Shown: piece after piece, positions 31,378 to 40,738 of the stretch | Position numbering within the stretch: the stretch's first letter is position 1 | How the letters are laid out: each line of letters starts with the position of its first letter | Assembly (NCBI GenBank): GCA_023262495.1 | Contig: JALRAS010000001.1 | Location: forward strand, 4,486-68,485 | Source: Bacteroidia bacterium | GTDB taxonomy: Bacteria > Bacteroidota > Bacteroidia > UBA4408 | Length of the DNA: 64,000 bases | Reading direction: 5' to 3' | The notes under the pieces: generated by a model | The model's database searches: none | Told to the model about the DNA's origin: nothing | What the model saw: only the letters and a program-made list of their open reading frames with translations | Translations under genes and position numbers: made by a program

Positions 31378-32400
31378 ATGAAACAGGTTGCCAATGTTTT
31401 TTTGTTTTTAACACTGCTTTGTTACTTCGCGTGCAATAATCCCACTGCGCACAAGGTTCCTGAATCAGTGGCTGAACAGGCATTTGACCTTAAAGTAAAC
31501 AGGTTTGATAAAGATTTGTTTGCCTTAAAGACCGATAGTCAATCGATTCCACAATTCAAGAAATTGGCAAGCGCATACCCCGACTTTTTTTATTTGTTTA
31601 CCAAAAGAATCATCAATATTGGCGATTCGTTCAATCCTCAAATGCCGGGTTTACTCCACGGATTTTTACATGACCGATATATTAATGAAATGTACCAAGA
31701 GGTGAGCAAGCAATATGCTGATTTAAGTGAATACAACCGCGATTTAACTGCCGCTTTTAAAGCATATCATTATTTTTTTCCTGAGGCCAAAATTCCTGAA
31801 ATCACCTACTTTGTTTCGGGATATAACTATGCATCAATTACCACTGCTACCACACTTGGCATAGGACTCGAAATGTATTTAGGGAATCGCTACGAACCCT
31901 ATACACTGTTGGAAATACCAGCTTACAAGCAACAAATGATGTGTAAAGAATATATCGTGAATGATGCCCTGCAATCATGGATCAGCACTGAATTTGAAAA
32001 AGAAGAAGACTACAAAAGTTTGTTGCATCAAATGTTGTTTAGAGGAAAGGTGATGTATACCATTGAAAAATTATTACCCGATATGCCCGACAGTATCAGG
32101 ATGGGCTATACGGCAGCGCAGCTGAAGTGGTGTAATGAATTTGAACCCAAAATTTGGTCGCATTTTGTGGAGAAAAAATTGTTGTTTGCTGCATTCAGGG
32201 GTGATAGCTTTAAATACATCAATGAAGGCCCATTTACTGCCGGTTTACCTCGCGAGTCACCCGGAAAAATTGGTGTTTGGGTAGGTTATCAAATCATAAA
32301 AAAATATGCCGAGCAGCATCCGGAAGTTTCGCTCAAGCAACTTTTTGCCAATTACAATGCACAACAGCTATTAACACAATCAAAATACAAACCTAAATAA
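31378..32400 (+). CDS. gldB: Gliding-motility lipoprotein GldB (probable)
   Basis: A 340-aa lipoprotein with a lipobox (…YFACNN). The C-terminal region ESPGKIGVWVGYQI…SKYKPK resembles the GldB family. It is followed 3 bp later by a ~110-aa GldC-sized gene, the same order as in Flavobacterium johnsoniae. Confidence 0.6.
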   Translation: MKQVANVFLFLTLLCYFACNNPTAHKVPESVAEQAFDLKVNRFDKDLFALKTDSQSIPQFKKLASAYPDFFYLFTKRIINIGDSFNPQMPGLLHGFLHDRYINEMYQEVSKQYADLSEYNRDLTAAFKAYHYFFPEAKIPEITYFVSGYNYASITTATTLGIGLEMYLGNRYEPYTLLEIPAYKQQMMCKEYIVNDALQSWISTEFEKEEDYKSLLHQMLFRGKVMYTIEKLLPDMPDSIRMGYTAAQLKWCNEFEPKIWSHFVEKKLLFAAFRGDSFKYINEGPFTAGLPRESPGKIGVWVGYQIIKKYAEQHPEVSLKQLFANYNAQQLLTQSKYKPK

Positions 32401-32403
32401 GTT

Positions 32404-32748
32404 ATGAAAACCTCATCAATAAACATCAAAGTAGTAACCGATATTAATCATATGGCAGAGCATATCAGCTGGGAAGCCACCGACTCGGGCGTTGAAGGAG
32501 AAAATGATTCAAAAGGCATGATGCTTGCATTTTGGGATGCGGAGCAACAAAACACCTTAAAAATTGATTTGTGGACCAAAGATATGATGGTTGAGGAAAT
32601 GAAATTATTTATTTACCAAACCATGATCAGCATGTCGGCAACACTGGAACGCGCTACAGGAGATGCATCTGCAGCAACAGATATCAGGGAGTTTTGCAAA
32701 CACTTGGCACAAAAAATGGAGATTGAAACTACTCCACCAAAAAGTTGA
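32404..32748 (+). CDS. gldC: Gliding-motility protein GldC (probable)
   Basis: A 114-aa soluble protein immediately downstream of the gldB candidate. The size and synteny match gldC. Confidence 0.55.
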   Translation: MKTSSINIKVVTDINHMAEHISWEATDSGVEGENDSKGMMLAFWDAEQQNTLKIDLWTKDMMVEEMKLFIYQTMISMSATLERATGDASAATDIREFCKHLAQKMEIETTPPKS

Positions 32749-32789
32749 TAAAACCCTTATAAATTGGTTCTACTGAGTATGTCAATCAA

Positions 32790-34709
32790 CTATACCGATT
32801 GCCAATATGCCAACTCTTTTACGCTTACCTTTTGAATGAGCCCCTGATGATTTAATTTTTCTAACTCTGCATCTGCGGCAGGTTGGTCAATACTCAATAA
32901 AAATGCAAATTCCTTCTCGGTCATATTGTTGTATAGCTTAAATAAGTCTGCAGGAGTAGGCAAATTGATGTTTTTCTTGGCATCGGGAACGTATTTCAAG
33001 ATTGTTTGCTCAATAATTTCATAGGTTTTAAGACCTTTTAAAATTTCTGACTCCATGCCCTTTCTTTCAAAGATTAATGTTGGGAAAACACGAATATTCA
33101 GCTCGTTTGCCTTTGCTAAATCTTTTTTAAAATCATCGATTCCTTCTTTCTTCATGTTTTTTTGCAAGAGTGCTGCATCTAATCCGCAAAACAGGGCAGC
33201 CCTCTCTAAATTCTCCCAGTTATTGATGTTCTTTTTCTCCATAAACAGCATTTCTTTCAATCTTCTTAGAAAGAATATGGCCTTATCTTTATCTTGTAAT
33301 TGCGCAGCTTTAAAAGCAATACAAGGCGGGTAAGATGACATTAAAGGATCTTCAAGCCATATATCACCATCTATTGGAATTTTTTCTTTCCCTCTAATCT
33401 CTTCCCATAGTTGGGCTGCATCAGTAGGTTTTGTAATGCGCTTATCATCAAAATTCTCCCAACTTGGCAGTAGCCCCCCCATGTGATAATCAATCTTAAT
33501 GTAATCATCGTATTCCAACAATAGTTTTCTGAGCAATGGCTGCAGCACCCAACAACTTGAGCAAATAGGGTCAGTAAAGTAAGTGATGGTAAGCGGCTTT
33601 TCTATTGCTTTTTTCTTGGCTTTGTATTTATCGGAAATGAGTGGTAAAATAAAACCTCTTTCACTGTATTTATCAGGCTCGAGAAATATTTGTTTTAAAT
33701 CTCTACCTTGTTGAATATGGTTAACAAGTTCATTACTGCGCTGATCATAATACATTGCAAAAGCCATTTGAATACTTTGTGTACTTGCCAAACATTCAGT
33801 TAATACGGCAGCATCTTTAATGGCATTGGTAGTTCCCGAACTGGTAAAGGGAAGCGCCAAATGTGCCGCATCGCCAATCAATACCACATTTTCTTTATGA
33901 AAAGTTGGAAGCAAATCAAAATCGTGGGTATTCCAAATGTATGAAGTATCAAAATTATTCCCATCCAACACATTTTTAACTTCCTCAGGAAATTCTTTCA
34001 GCATAGCATGACAAAATTCTTTTAGCTGCTCCGGTGATTGAACATTGTAGTCCTTTTCGAATCTACTATCGTACTGCATAAACCAAACACATTCATTATC
34101 AGTTGCTGGAATAAAACCACAGGACAAGCCCATCTGAGCGCTCTGAAATTTTTGAAAGATGTTATACTCTGAAGATTTGGAATAGGCAGATATGCCAACA
34201 ACTTCTTTCACTTCAACGGGTGTATAGGTCGTTGGTCCAAACAGCGCTTTTCTTGTGGCTGAGTTACTGCCATCGGCTCCAATAAAAATATCACTTTCAG
34301 CGCTGATGCCATTTTTAAAAACCACGGCCTTTACTTTTTCTCCCTCGTATTCAAAATGCGAAAAATCACATCCAAACTTAAGCGTATCGCTATTATAAAA
34401 TGATACTAAATAATTGATTAAATCAACTCTTTTAATGCAATACCAATCATCAAGCCCAATTTTTATGAGTTGCTCGTTGTTGGGGCGCTTAAAACTGAAC
34501 AAATCAACCTTTTTTGCAGGAATATCTTTACTGTTTTTATCTGTAAACGATTTCAAATGATTTAAACCATCTCCATTCATTAAAAATGCATGACCTCTGG
34601 TTTGCACCTCACTTGTGCGCTCGAACACTGTTACTTCATGGCCATTTTTTTTCAAGAAAATTCCTTGTGCCAAACCTGCGATTCCGCCCCCTATAATTGT
34701 TACTTTCAT
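32790..34709 (-). CDS. Fusion protein: FAD-dependent aromatic-ring-hydroxylase-type monooxygenase (N-terminal) joined to a DsbA-like thioredoxin-fold domain with a CxxC motif (C-terminal)
   Basis: The N-terminal part has VTIIGGGIAGL, GADGSNSATR and GDAAH flavin-monooxygenase motifs. From about residue 375, TYFTDPICSSCW…IDGDIWLEDPL…SYPPCIAFKAAQLQD is about 50% identical to the stand-alone DsbA-like protein at 48447..49433. Confidence 0.7.
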   Translation of the reverse strand: MKVTIIGGGIAGLAQGIFLKKNGHEVTVFERTSEVQTRGHAFLMNGDGLNHLKSFTDKNSKDIPAKKVDLFSFKRPNNEQLIKIGLDDWYCIKRVDLINYLVSFYNSDTLKFGCDFSHFEYEGEKVKAVVFKNGISAESDIFIGADGSNSATRKALFGPTTYTPVEVKEVVGISAYSKSSEYNIFQKFQSAQMGLSCGFIPATDNECVWFMQYDSRFEKDYNVQSPEQLKEFCHAMLKEFPEEVKNVLDGNNFDTSYIWNTHDFDLLPTFHKENVVLIGDAAHLALPFTSSGTTNAIKDAAVLTECLASTQSIQMAFAMYYDQRSNELVNHIQQGRDLKQIFLEPDKYSERGFILPLISDKYKAKKKAIEKPLTITYFTDPICSSCWVLQPLLRKLLLEYDDYIKIDYHMGGLLPSWENFDDKRITKPTDAAQLWEEIRGKEKIPIDGDIWLEDPLMSSYPPCIAFKAAQLQDKDKAIFFLRRLKEMLFMEKKNINNWENLERAALFCGLDAALLQKNMKKEGIDDFKKDLAKANELNIRVFPTLIFERKGMESEILKGLKTYEIIEQTILKYVPDAKKNINLPTPADLFKLYNNMTEKEFAFLLSIDQPAADAELEKLNHQGLIQKVSVKELAYWQSV

Positions 34710-35869
34710 AAATTTCTTTCGATTCGATTGATAGACTCTGTTAATAATTCTGCTGATGTCGCAAAGCTGATTCTGATATAACCCTCAGCTCCGCGTCCAA
34801 ACCATTTGCTTAATCCCGGCACTACAGCCACCTTTGCCTGTTCCAACATTTTTAAATGAAATTGTTCAGCACTCATGCCTGTTTGAGTGATATCAATAAA
34901 ACTCACATAGCAACCCTCGGGTGGAAGTGTTTTTAATCCCGGAATTGTATTGATGCGCGCAGTAATTAAATCACGCATTTGTTGTAGATGATCAACAAAC
35001 TCTGCTAACCAATCTTGCGCCTCATTTAAAGCTGCTGCTGCAGCAATTTGACCCAAAGAATTGGCTCCGTGAATAGTTGATTGATGTAGTGAGTGCGCAA
35101 ATATACTTTCAAATAAAGCTTTATTGCTTGTGGCAATAAATCCAATTCTTAATCCTGCTAAACCATATGATTTACTAAATCCGCTTACTGTTACAACCTG
35201 ATTAGAAATTGAATCGGACAAACTGCCTATGCTCGTAAAAACATGTGGCTTAAAAACAATATCGCTCCAAATTTCATCAGATAAAATAATGATATTATGC
35301 TTCAACGCAATCTTGCCCAATTGCTCCAATTCGCTTCGTTTGAAAACTTTTCCTGTTGGATTAAGCGGATTGCATAGGCAAATCAGTTTTGTTTTTGGTG
35401 TAATCAATTGTTCCAACAACGAAAAATCAACTGTTTGTGTACTAGGTGGAATAGGAAAACGTATAGGCTTTGCACCAATATTTTCGATGGCATATTGAAA
35501 CAGAAAATCAACCGGATCGAAGATGATTGCTTCATCATTTGGGTTGAGCATTGTTTTGCAAACTAAATAAATTCCAAAAGCAGCACTGTCAACTGGCAAT
35601 ATGTGAGCAGGATCAACTAAATAATTTCTTTTTGACTTAAGAAACTGATGTACCGCTTCTTTGAACTGTGGTAATCCTTCGGCAGGTGCGTATGAAAAAT
35701 ATCCTCCTTTGGTATAATTTTCTATGGCAGCCTGCACCATTGGAGGGCATTTAAAATCGGGGTCTGCGGCAGTTAGCGGAATAACATCTTTGGGAACAGC
35801 AGCCCATCTTAGATTATAGGCCCGCTGTTGCAAAAGTTGTATATCAATTTGTGTATGTTGAAAGGTCAT
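34706..35869 (-). CDS. PLP-dependent aminotransferase, class I/II fold
   Basis: 387 aa; the PLP-lysine lies in GFSKSYGLAGLRIGF. The stop overlaps the start of the monooxygenase fusion by 4 nt. Confidence 0.85.
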   Translation of the reverse strand: MTFQHTQIDIQLLQQRAYNLRWAAVPKDVIPLTAADPDFKCPPMVQAAIENYTKGGYFSYAPAEGLPQFKEAVHQFLKSKRNYLVDPAHILPVDSAAFGIYLVCKTMLNPNDEAIIFDPVDFLFQYAIENIGAKPIRFPIPPSTQTVDFSLLEQLITPKTKLICLCNPLNPTGKVFKRSELEQLGKIALKHNIIILSDEIWSDIVFKPHVFTSIGSLSDSISNQVVTVSGFSKSYGLAGLRIGFIATSNKALFESIFAHSLHQSTIHGANSLGQIAAAAALNEAQDWLAEFVDHLQQMRDLITARINTIPGLKTLPPEGCYVSFIDITQTGMSAEQFHLKMLEQAKVAVVPGLSKWFGRGAEGYIRISFATSAELLTESINRIERNL

Positions 35870-36078
35870 ATAAACATCATCAGTGTGAGTGTGCCGTTAT
35901 ACGCAAAACTTTTAAAAAGGTTGAGCTAAAAGTATTTAGAATGCAATTCAACGATAATTTAAAGATGTTTATCTAATTCCATTGGGTATCTCATAAATTA
36001 CATCAGCTAAAGTTCTTATTTCATCTATCAACTAGAGTTTTAGTACTTTTTTTTTGCAACAGCAATCATAAGCTAATA

Positions 36079-36150
36079 CCGATTACACTTTCAATATAGT
36101 CCCATTCCGGCATTGCCTCATTATACTATTTTCAGGTAGTATCGGTGTCT
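36079..36150 (+). repeat. Intergenic repeat family X, copy 3
   Basis: ccgattacactttcaatatagtcccattccggcattgcctcattatactattttcaggtagtatcggtg matches 5488-5562. Confidence 0.8.
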
Positions 36151-36214
36151 AATAATTCGAAATCATACTGTTTGATGTGGTACTTAGTAATTTTGTTTTC
36201 GCTAAAGGGCGCAT

Positions 36215-36326
36215 GAAAAAAGGAAAGTATTTGATGCGTTGCAAACGCATATATTGCCCATCCTCGTTGCAAACGAGGACGAGTGGTGGGAAATTAAATG
36301 TGCCCCAAAATAAATGCAATTGGTAT
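36215..36326 (+). repeat. Repeat family Y copy C plus the shared 3' module
   Basis: aaaaaaggaaagtatttgatgcgttgcaaacgcatatattgcccatcctcgttgcaaacgaggacgagtggtggg is followed by aaaataaatgcaattggtat, which also occurs at 5598-5616. Confidence 0.8.
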
Positions 36327-36443
36327 TATATGGTGGCCCGCTTTAAAATTACTCGCAGTATGCTCGATGGTAAAATAATTGATTCCGTTAGATAAGTGTT
36401 AAACGCTTACTGCATTATTTGGTGTAATCCTAAATCTTGCGCA

Positions 36444-37352
36444 CTAATGCAAGATGAATTGGTTTAATGCCTCAATTACAATATTGGCATACTTAACTAT
36501 ATGCTGCCCAGGAATGTTTTCCCAGTACTTATTTTTTAAAATTAATGATTTTGACGCATTGGCAGCGCCCGAAATATGCGGAATACTAATCACATTCAAC
36601 ATCTCTTCCTTTTCAATTGATGGCTGTATAGTATTAATTTGAAGCCCCCCGAATGATGTGTTTTCCGACCAAATGTTTAATTTCTTATCATACAAATTAA
36701 GCAATGCATTTCCTGCATTATTTCCTAAAGTCAAGATAACAGACGGGCTAATAATTTTGATTTCCTTTTGTAAGATTTCGGCATGAGCGGGAAGACCTCT
36801 ATATGTTTTTAAAGCATTACTTTTAGAGAAAACTGTGTTGCCTTTTTTATCCTTTTTATTTTTTTCGATGTAAAAAAATAATTTAAAGATATCGGTCACG
36901 TAAATATTGAAGTGCTTAAGAATTTCACTAAAAAACTCAGCATTGGCATCGGTATTATTGTCAATTAAACTAAAGGGAGCCCAAAATCCAACCTGTTTCA
37001 ACAAACTTCCTTTGTTTCTATTTTTATACGCGATATGCTTACCTAAATTCTCTTCATTGGGGACAGGCGGTAATGCATCCATAGCACAGACCATAACCGT
37101 AGGTGCATTTTTTTTTGATGAACACTCCAAGTAAATTGGCAAATCGGTTGCAAATGACAGCGCTGTATGCCTCTCATTTACTTGATTAACAATAGCTAAA
37201 TAATTTGGATTTAAGGCTGAAAGTTCTGCAAAACTCAGTGTGTTTCGGAGTTCCTTTTTTTGTATTTCATTCAATACTTTGGAGTACTCCAATAACTCAT
37301 TGTAAATTAAGGACAATCTCCCATTACCGCAATTAACAAAACTGCTCTCCAA
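36444..37352 (-). CDS. Hypothetical protein with uracil-DNA-glycosylase-superfamily-like motifs (divergent)
   Basis: The order …NIYVTDIFK… (UDG vY.TN..KC-like), …PSVILTLGNNAGNALL… (UDG P.vivaLG..A-like) and …IPHISGAAN… (HPSP-like) matches the UDG fold, but the N-terminal active-site motif (GE.PG) is not conserved (CAMDALPP). Confidence 0.35.
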   Translation of the reverse strand: MESSFVNCGNGRLSLIYNELLEYSKVLNEIQKKELRNTLSFAELSALNPNYLAIVNQVNERHTALSFATDLPIYLECSSKKNAPTVMVCAMDALPPVPNEENLGKHIAYKNRNKGSLLKQVGFWAPFSLIDNNTDANAEFFSEILKHFNIYVTDIFKLFFYIEKNKKDKKGNTVFSKSNALKTYRGLPAHAEILQKEIKIISPSVILTLGNNAGNALLNLYDKKLNIWSENTSFGGLQINTIQPSIEKEEMLNVISIPHISGAANASKSLILKNKYWENIPGQHIVKYANIVIEALNQFILH

Positions 37353-37416
37353 CAGTTCTAACAGTTCATGTTGCTTGTTATGTAATGTAATTTCTATGGC
37401 CTTAAGGAATGATGTG

Positions 37417-38139
37417 TTATGAAAATGCTTTTACATAGGACATTGGGCAAATATAATCTTGCCTAAATTCAGAAATAACATCCTTATAATTTTCAATGTT
37501 AATAGGGTCACGATAATTGGTATAAAAATCTTTGAGGCATTCAACATCATTTTGAACAGGCATTTCATTATGCCATAAAAAAGTTAAATCACATGTGTTT
37601 ATTTTGACAACTCTTAATGCATATGCTGTATCATTCTCCATTAAAAATGAATCTGCCTTGCCAATATAATCACAACAAAATTCCAACACATTTTTGTCCA
37701 TTATAATATTGTGATAATCATCAACAATAATTCTGTCATCAGCAACACCAAAACTCAAATTTTCAAATGCGTTACTAAAAGTAAGTTCAACCTTACCTCC
37801 ATTTTCCTGCACCACCTCAAAAAATATTATCATTTTACCGGAATTAAATGGGGTTAATGATTGCTGATTACCATCCCACTTACCGCGCATTGTTCCTTTT
37901 TCGAGGCCGCTCTTATATTTTCCAATAAAACGATCATTTGAAAGGAAAGTCCATTCAAAAAGTCCATGATCTTTTTTATTTTTCCATATGCCCTCTACCT
38001 TATTTCCGATTAATTTACCACTACACACACCATCATCTTGATAGGTAGCGGTAACGTTATCGCCATTTTGAGCAATAGTTAATTCACCATGTTGTGTTTT
38101 GTACGTGCCTGATAAATTCACCTTTTTATATTTATCCAT
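37417..38139 (-). CDS. Hypothetical protein, paralogue B (shared N-terminal ~100-aa module plus unique C-terminus)
   Basis: The N-terminus SGTYKTQHGELTIAQNGDNVTATYQDDGVCSGKLIGNKVEGIWKNKKDHGLFEWTF…GKYKSGLEKGTMRGKWDG is about 85% identical to the N-terminus of the upstream gene. Its start overlaps the upstream stop (ATGGATAA). Confidence 0.5.
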   Translation of the reverse strand: MDKYKKVNLSGTYKTQHGELTIAQNGDNVTATYQDDGVCSGKLIGNKVEGIWKNKKDHGLFEWTFLSNDRFIGKYKSGLEKGTMRGKWDGNQQSLTPFNSGKMIIFFEVVQENGGKVELTFSNAFENLSFGVADDRIIVDDYHNIIMDKNVLEFCCDYIGKADSFLMENDTAYALRVVKINTCDLTFLWHNEMPVQNDVECLKDFYTNYRDPINIENYKDVISEFRQDYICPMSYVKAFS

Positions 38140-39328
38140 TTAATAAGAAATCTAAATTAATGTCCCTTGACTCATATTCCAACTCAATCCCTTTATCTCT
38201 ATGCCAGCTTTCATCAGGAAGCACTAGTTCATTATCATAGAACATATAGTTTGCGATTGTCGTCAATGAGTTTCCTCTGAAATCACCATAATTGGCGTGT
38301 GAAAGGAAAAGTAATTTAGACAGATTAAAATTTTCTACTTCAAGGTAGTAGGAATAATCAATAATATCATCATGCATTATTGTTATGCTAAAATCTCGAT
38401 CGCTGATTTCTTCAAATGCTTGGGGAGAAAACCACGCCTCGCAGAACATAACCCCTTCCTTATTGATTCCAACTCCAAGATCATCGGGCAGACCAAATTC
38501 TCCTGAATTTTTTCGAATAAATGCTTTAAGGGTATCAAAGATTTTATTTTCAAATTCATCAACCGGAGTATCTTCAGTATGATAACCTTTTACTACTTTT
38601 GAAAAATCTCCAAAACTGCTACTTTTATGGATTTCCTTACCGTTCACTAATATTTGAATACTGCAATCGTCCTCAAAAAAAGTAATAAATCCTGTACCCC
38701 CAGCCCAATAGTCGGCAGTATCAAAAAGTGCATCATACAAACCAAAATGATCTAAATCATATTCCAATATTTCTTGATATAGTGCATAAAAATTGGGACA
38801 TTTATCCTCTAGTTCAGATAGAGCAATAAGGTTAGTAAAATTTTCTCTTTCTGTATCTTTATCTTCAAGGGTGGTGCTTAATAAAAGTCTTAAAAAATCC
38901 TGCTCCGTTTCAATTGACTCATCAGCTATTGATAACACATCTTGCAATTCCTCTTGGAATGACTCTTTAACCTTACCAAAATAATATTTGGGTATTCTAC
39001 CGCTCAAAATAATTTCAACTTTATCTTTTTCGCGCACTTCGGCATCACTCTCATGAAGTATGGAATCAATTGCCTTTCCATCCCACTTACCTCTCATAGG
39101 GCCCTTTTCTATTCCGCTTTTATATTTGCCTGAAAAGTTTCCTTTATCATCAAATATCCATTCAAAGAGTCCCTGATCTTTCTTGTTTTTCCAGATACCT
39201 TCAACTTTATTTCCAATTAGTTTACCACTGCATACGCCATTTTCTTGATAGGTAGCAGTGATATTGTCGCCATTTTGAGCAATACTTAACTCGCCATGCT
39301 GTGTTTTATATGTGCCGTTAATATTCAT
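38132..39328 (-). CDS. Hypothetical protein, paralogue A (shared N-terminal module plus a ~300-aa acidic C-terminal region)
   Basis: It starts MNINGTYKTQHGELSIAQNGDNITATYQENGVCSGKLIGNKVEGIWKNKKDQGLFEWIF…. The ORF track begins at a GTG (39370), 14 codons upstream, inside the preceding small ORF. Confidence 0.5.
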   Translation of the reverse strand: MNINGTYKTQHGELSIAQNGDNITATYQENGVCSGKLIGNKVEGIWKNKKDQGLFEWIFDDKGNFSGKYKSGIEKGPMRGKWDGKAIDSILHESDAEVREKDKVEIILSGRIPKYYFGKVKESFQEELQDVLSIADESIETEQDFLRLLLSTTLEDKDTERENFTNLIALSELEDKCPNFYALYQEILEYDLDHFGLYDALFDTADYWAGGTGFITFFEDDCSIQILVNGKEIHKSSSFGDFSKVVKGYHTEDTPVDEFENKIFDTLKAFIRKNSGEFGLPDDLGVGINKEGVMFCEAWFSPQAFEEISDRDFSITIMHDDIIDYSYYLEVENFNLSKLLFLSHANYGDFRGNSLTTIANYMFYDNELVLPDESWHRDKGIELEYESRDINLDFLLNG

Positions 39329-39329
39329 C

Positions 39330-39530
39330 TTACAGCTTTTGGATATCAAAATATGAGGAAGAGATAGCACTGCTCGAAACCTCCAAGCCGAAAGCTGATT
39401 TTATTGTTTTTGCCACATTGCTCATTTGCGGAGCTGTTGAACTTTGCTCGATATGCTGAAAGCTAGCGCCTTTAGGAATTTTTCCACCTGCAATTGGTTG
39501 TTTTGTTGTTAATTTAAATGCGTATGCCAT
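39330..39530 (-). CDS. Small ORF (66 aa), possibly a genuine small protein translationally coupled to paralogue A
   Basis: Its stop TAA is separated by one nt from the ATG of the next gene (TAAgATG). The product has GG at residues 15-16 (MAYAFKLTTKQPIAGG|KIPKG…) and is Ser/Ala-rich. Confidence 0.35.
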   Translation of the reverse strand: MAYAFKLTTKQPIAGGKIPKGASFQHIEQSSTAPQMSNVAKTIKSAFGLEVSSSAISSSYFDIQKL

Positions 39531-39853
39531 TTGAAATAATTTTAATTCCTACTCGTTTGGCTTTTCGGATTCGCCCCTCGATTATCCCATCGGGGAAGGC
39601 CGTTTTTTAATGGTTTCTGGTCTCCAACATTATTTGATACAAATTTGTATTTTGTAAAATCAAAGTGAAAGTTCAAGTTGGATTAAGTTAGGCTTAAGTA
39701 GCGATAACCGAATTACGCAACATAATAACAGGAGTTGCTAAAACAGCCGTAACTCAATTCATTGGTTAAATAAATTGAAAGCACATCCTAAGCAAGGTTG
39801 CCCTCGTCAAATCAACGGTACGCTTCATTCGCAATTTCTACTGAATAATTAAG

Positions 39854-40732
39854 TCAAAACATCTGGCTTAAAAAAATTGAAAGCAGAATCAATACTATTC
39901 CAACAAGCTGTTTTATAGAGAGCTTTTCTTGATATATAATTATGCTTGCCAACAGCGCAACAATCAGCTGAAAATTAGCTATTAAATCAAGATTTAAAAT
40001 AGTTACATGTTGAATGGCTAAATTAAAAAATAGGGTTCCACCAATAAGCAGTAAAGCCAATATAAAATATGTGATTAAATTTGATTTTTGAAGTAAAATA
40101 ATCGTATTAAATTCCTTCCTTTCTAACCTTGCCCAAATAAAAGCGGAAACAGTTACACAAATTTCAAGCATACAAGCAAGTGGAATAGCGCCTAATGTTG
40201 TTGATAAGAACTTAAATAAAGGATAAGTTATGCCCCAAAAAAATGCTGCCATCAGGGCGTATGTTGCTCCTTTATTCCATTGTAATAAATTGCATTTAAA
40301 TGAAATATCTTGGGTAAATAAAACACCTATTCCGGCCAAGGAAAAACAAATCCAATAAACACTGCGAAACGCTTCACCAACAACTAATACGGCAGTTAAA
40401 AGATTGAAAATATTAATCGAGGCCAATGAGACAGTTAAACTAACTGTTTGATATCTTAATGAGGCAAGAAAAAAGCATATCCCCAAAGAGCAAATAAAAC
40501 AAATGCAGATTGCTATTAGGTAAAATTGAGGATTAGTACTAGGTTGAATGAGTTGAACATTTTCATCATCACACACAAATAAAAAAAACCATAACAAAGT
40601 AAAAAAAGTGGATGCAATAAGCCCTCTAAAGACTATCAAATAAGGATAATCAATTCGCTTAGATGCATGTTTCCAATAAACGTTGCTAATGCCAAAAAAT
40701 AAGGCACTCAGTATTCCATATAAATATGCCAT
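39854..40732 (-). CDS. DMT-superfamily (EamA-like) membrane transporter
   Basis: 292 aa with about 10 TM helices in two 5-TM halves; WKHASKRIDY… is an EamA-like N-terminus. Confidence 0.6.
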   Translation of the reverse strand: MAYLYGILSALFFGISNVYWKHASKRIDYPYLIVFRGLIASTFFTLLWFFLFVCDDENVQLIQPSTNPQFYLIAICICFICSLGICFFLASLRYQTVSLTVSLASINIFNLLTAVLVVGEAFRSVYWICFSLAGIGVLFTQDISFKCNLLQWNKGATYALMAAFFWGITYPLFKFLSTTLGAIPLACMLEICVTVSAFIWARLERKEFNTIILLQKSNLITYFILALLLIGGTLFFNLAIQHVTILNLDLIANFQLIVALLASIIIYQEKLSIKQLVGIVLILLSIFLSQMF

Positions 40733-40738
40733 TTTGTA

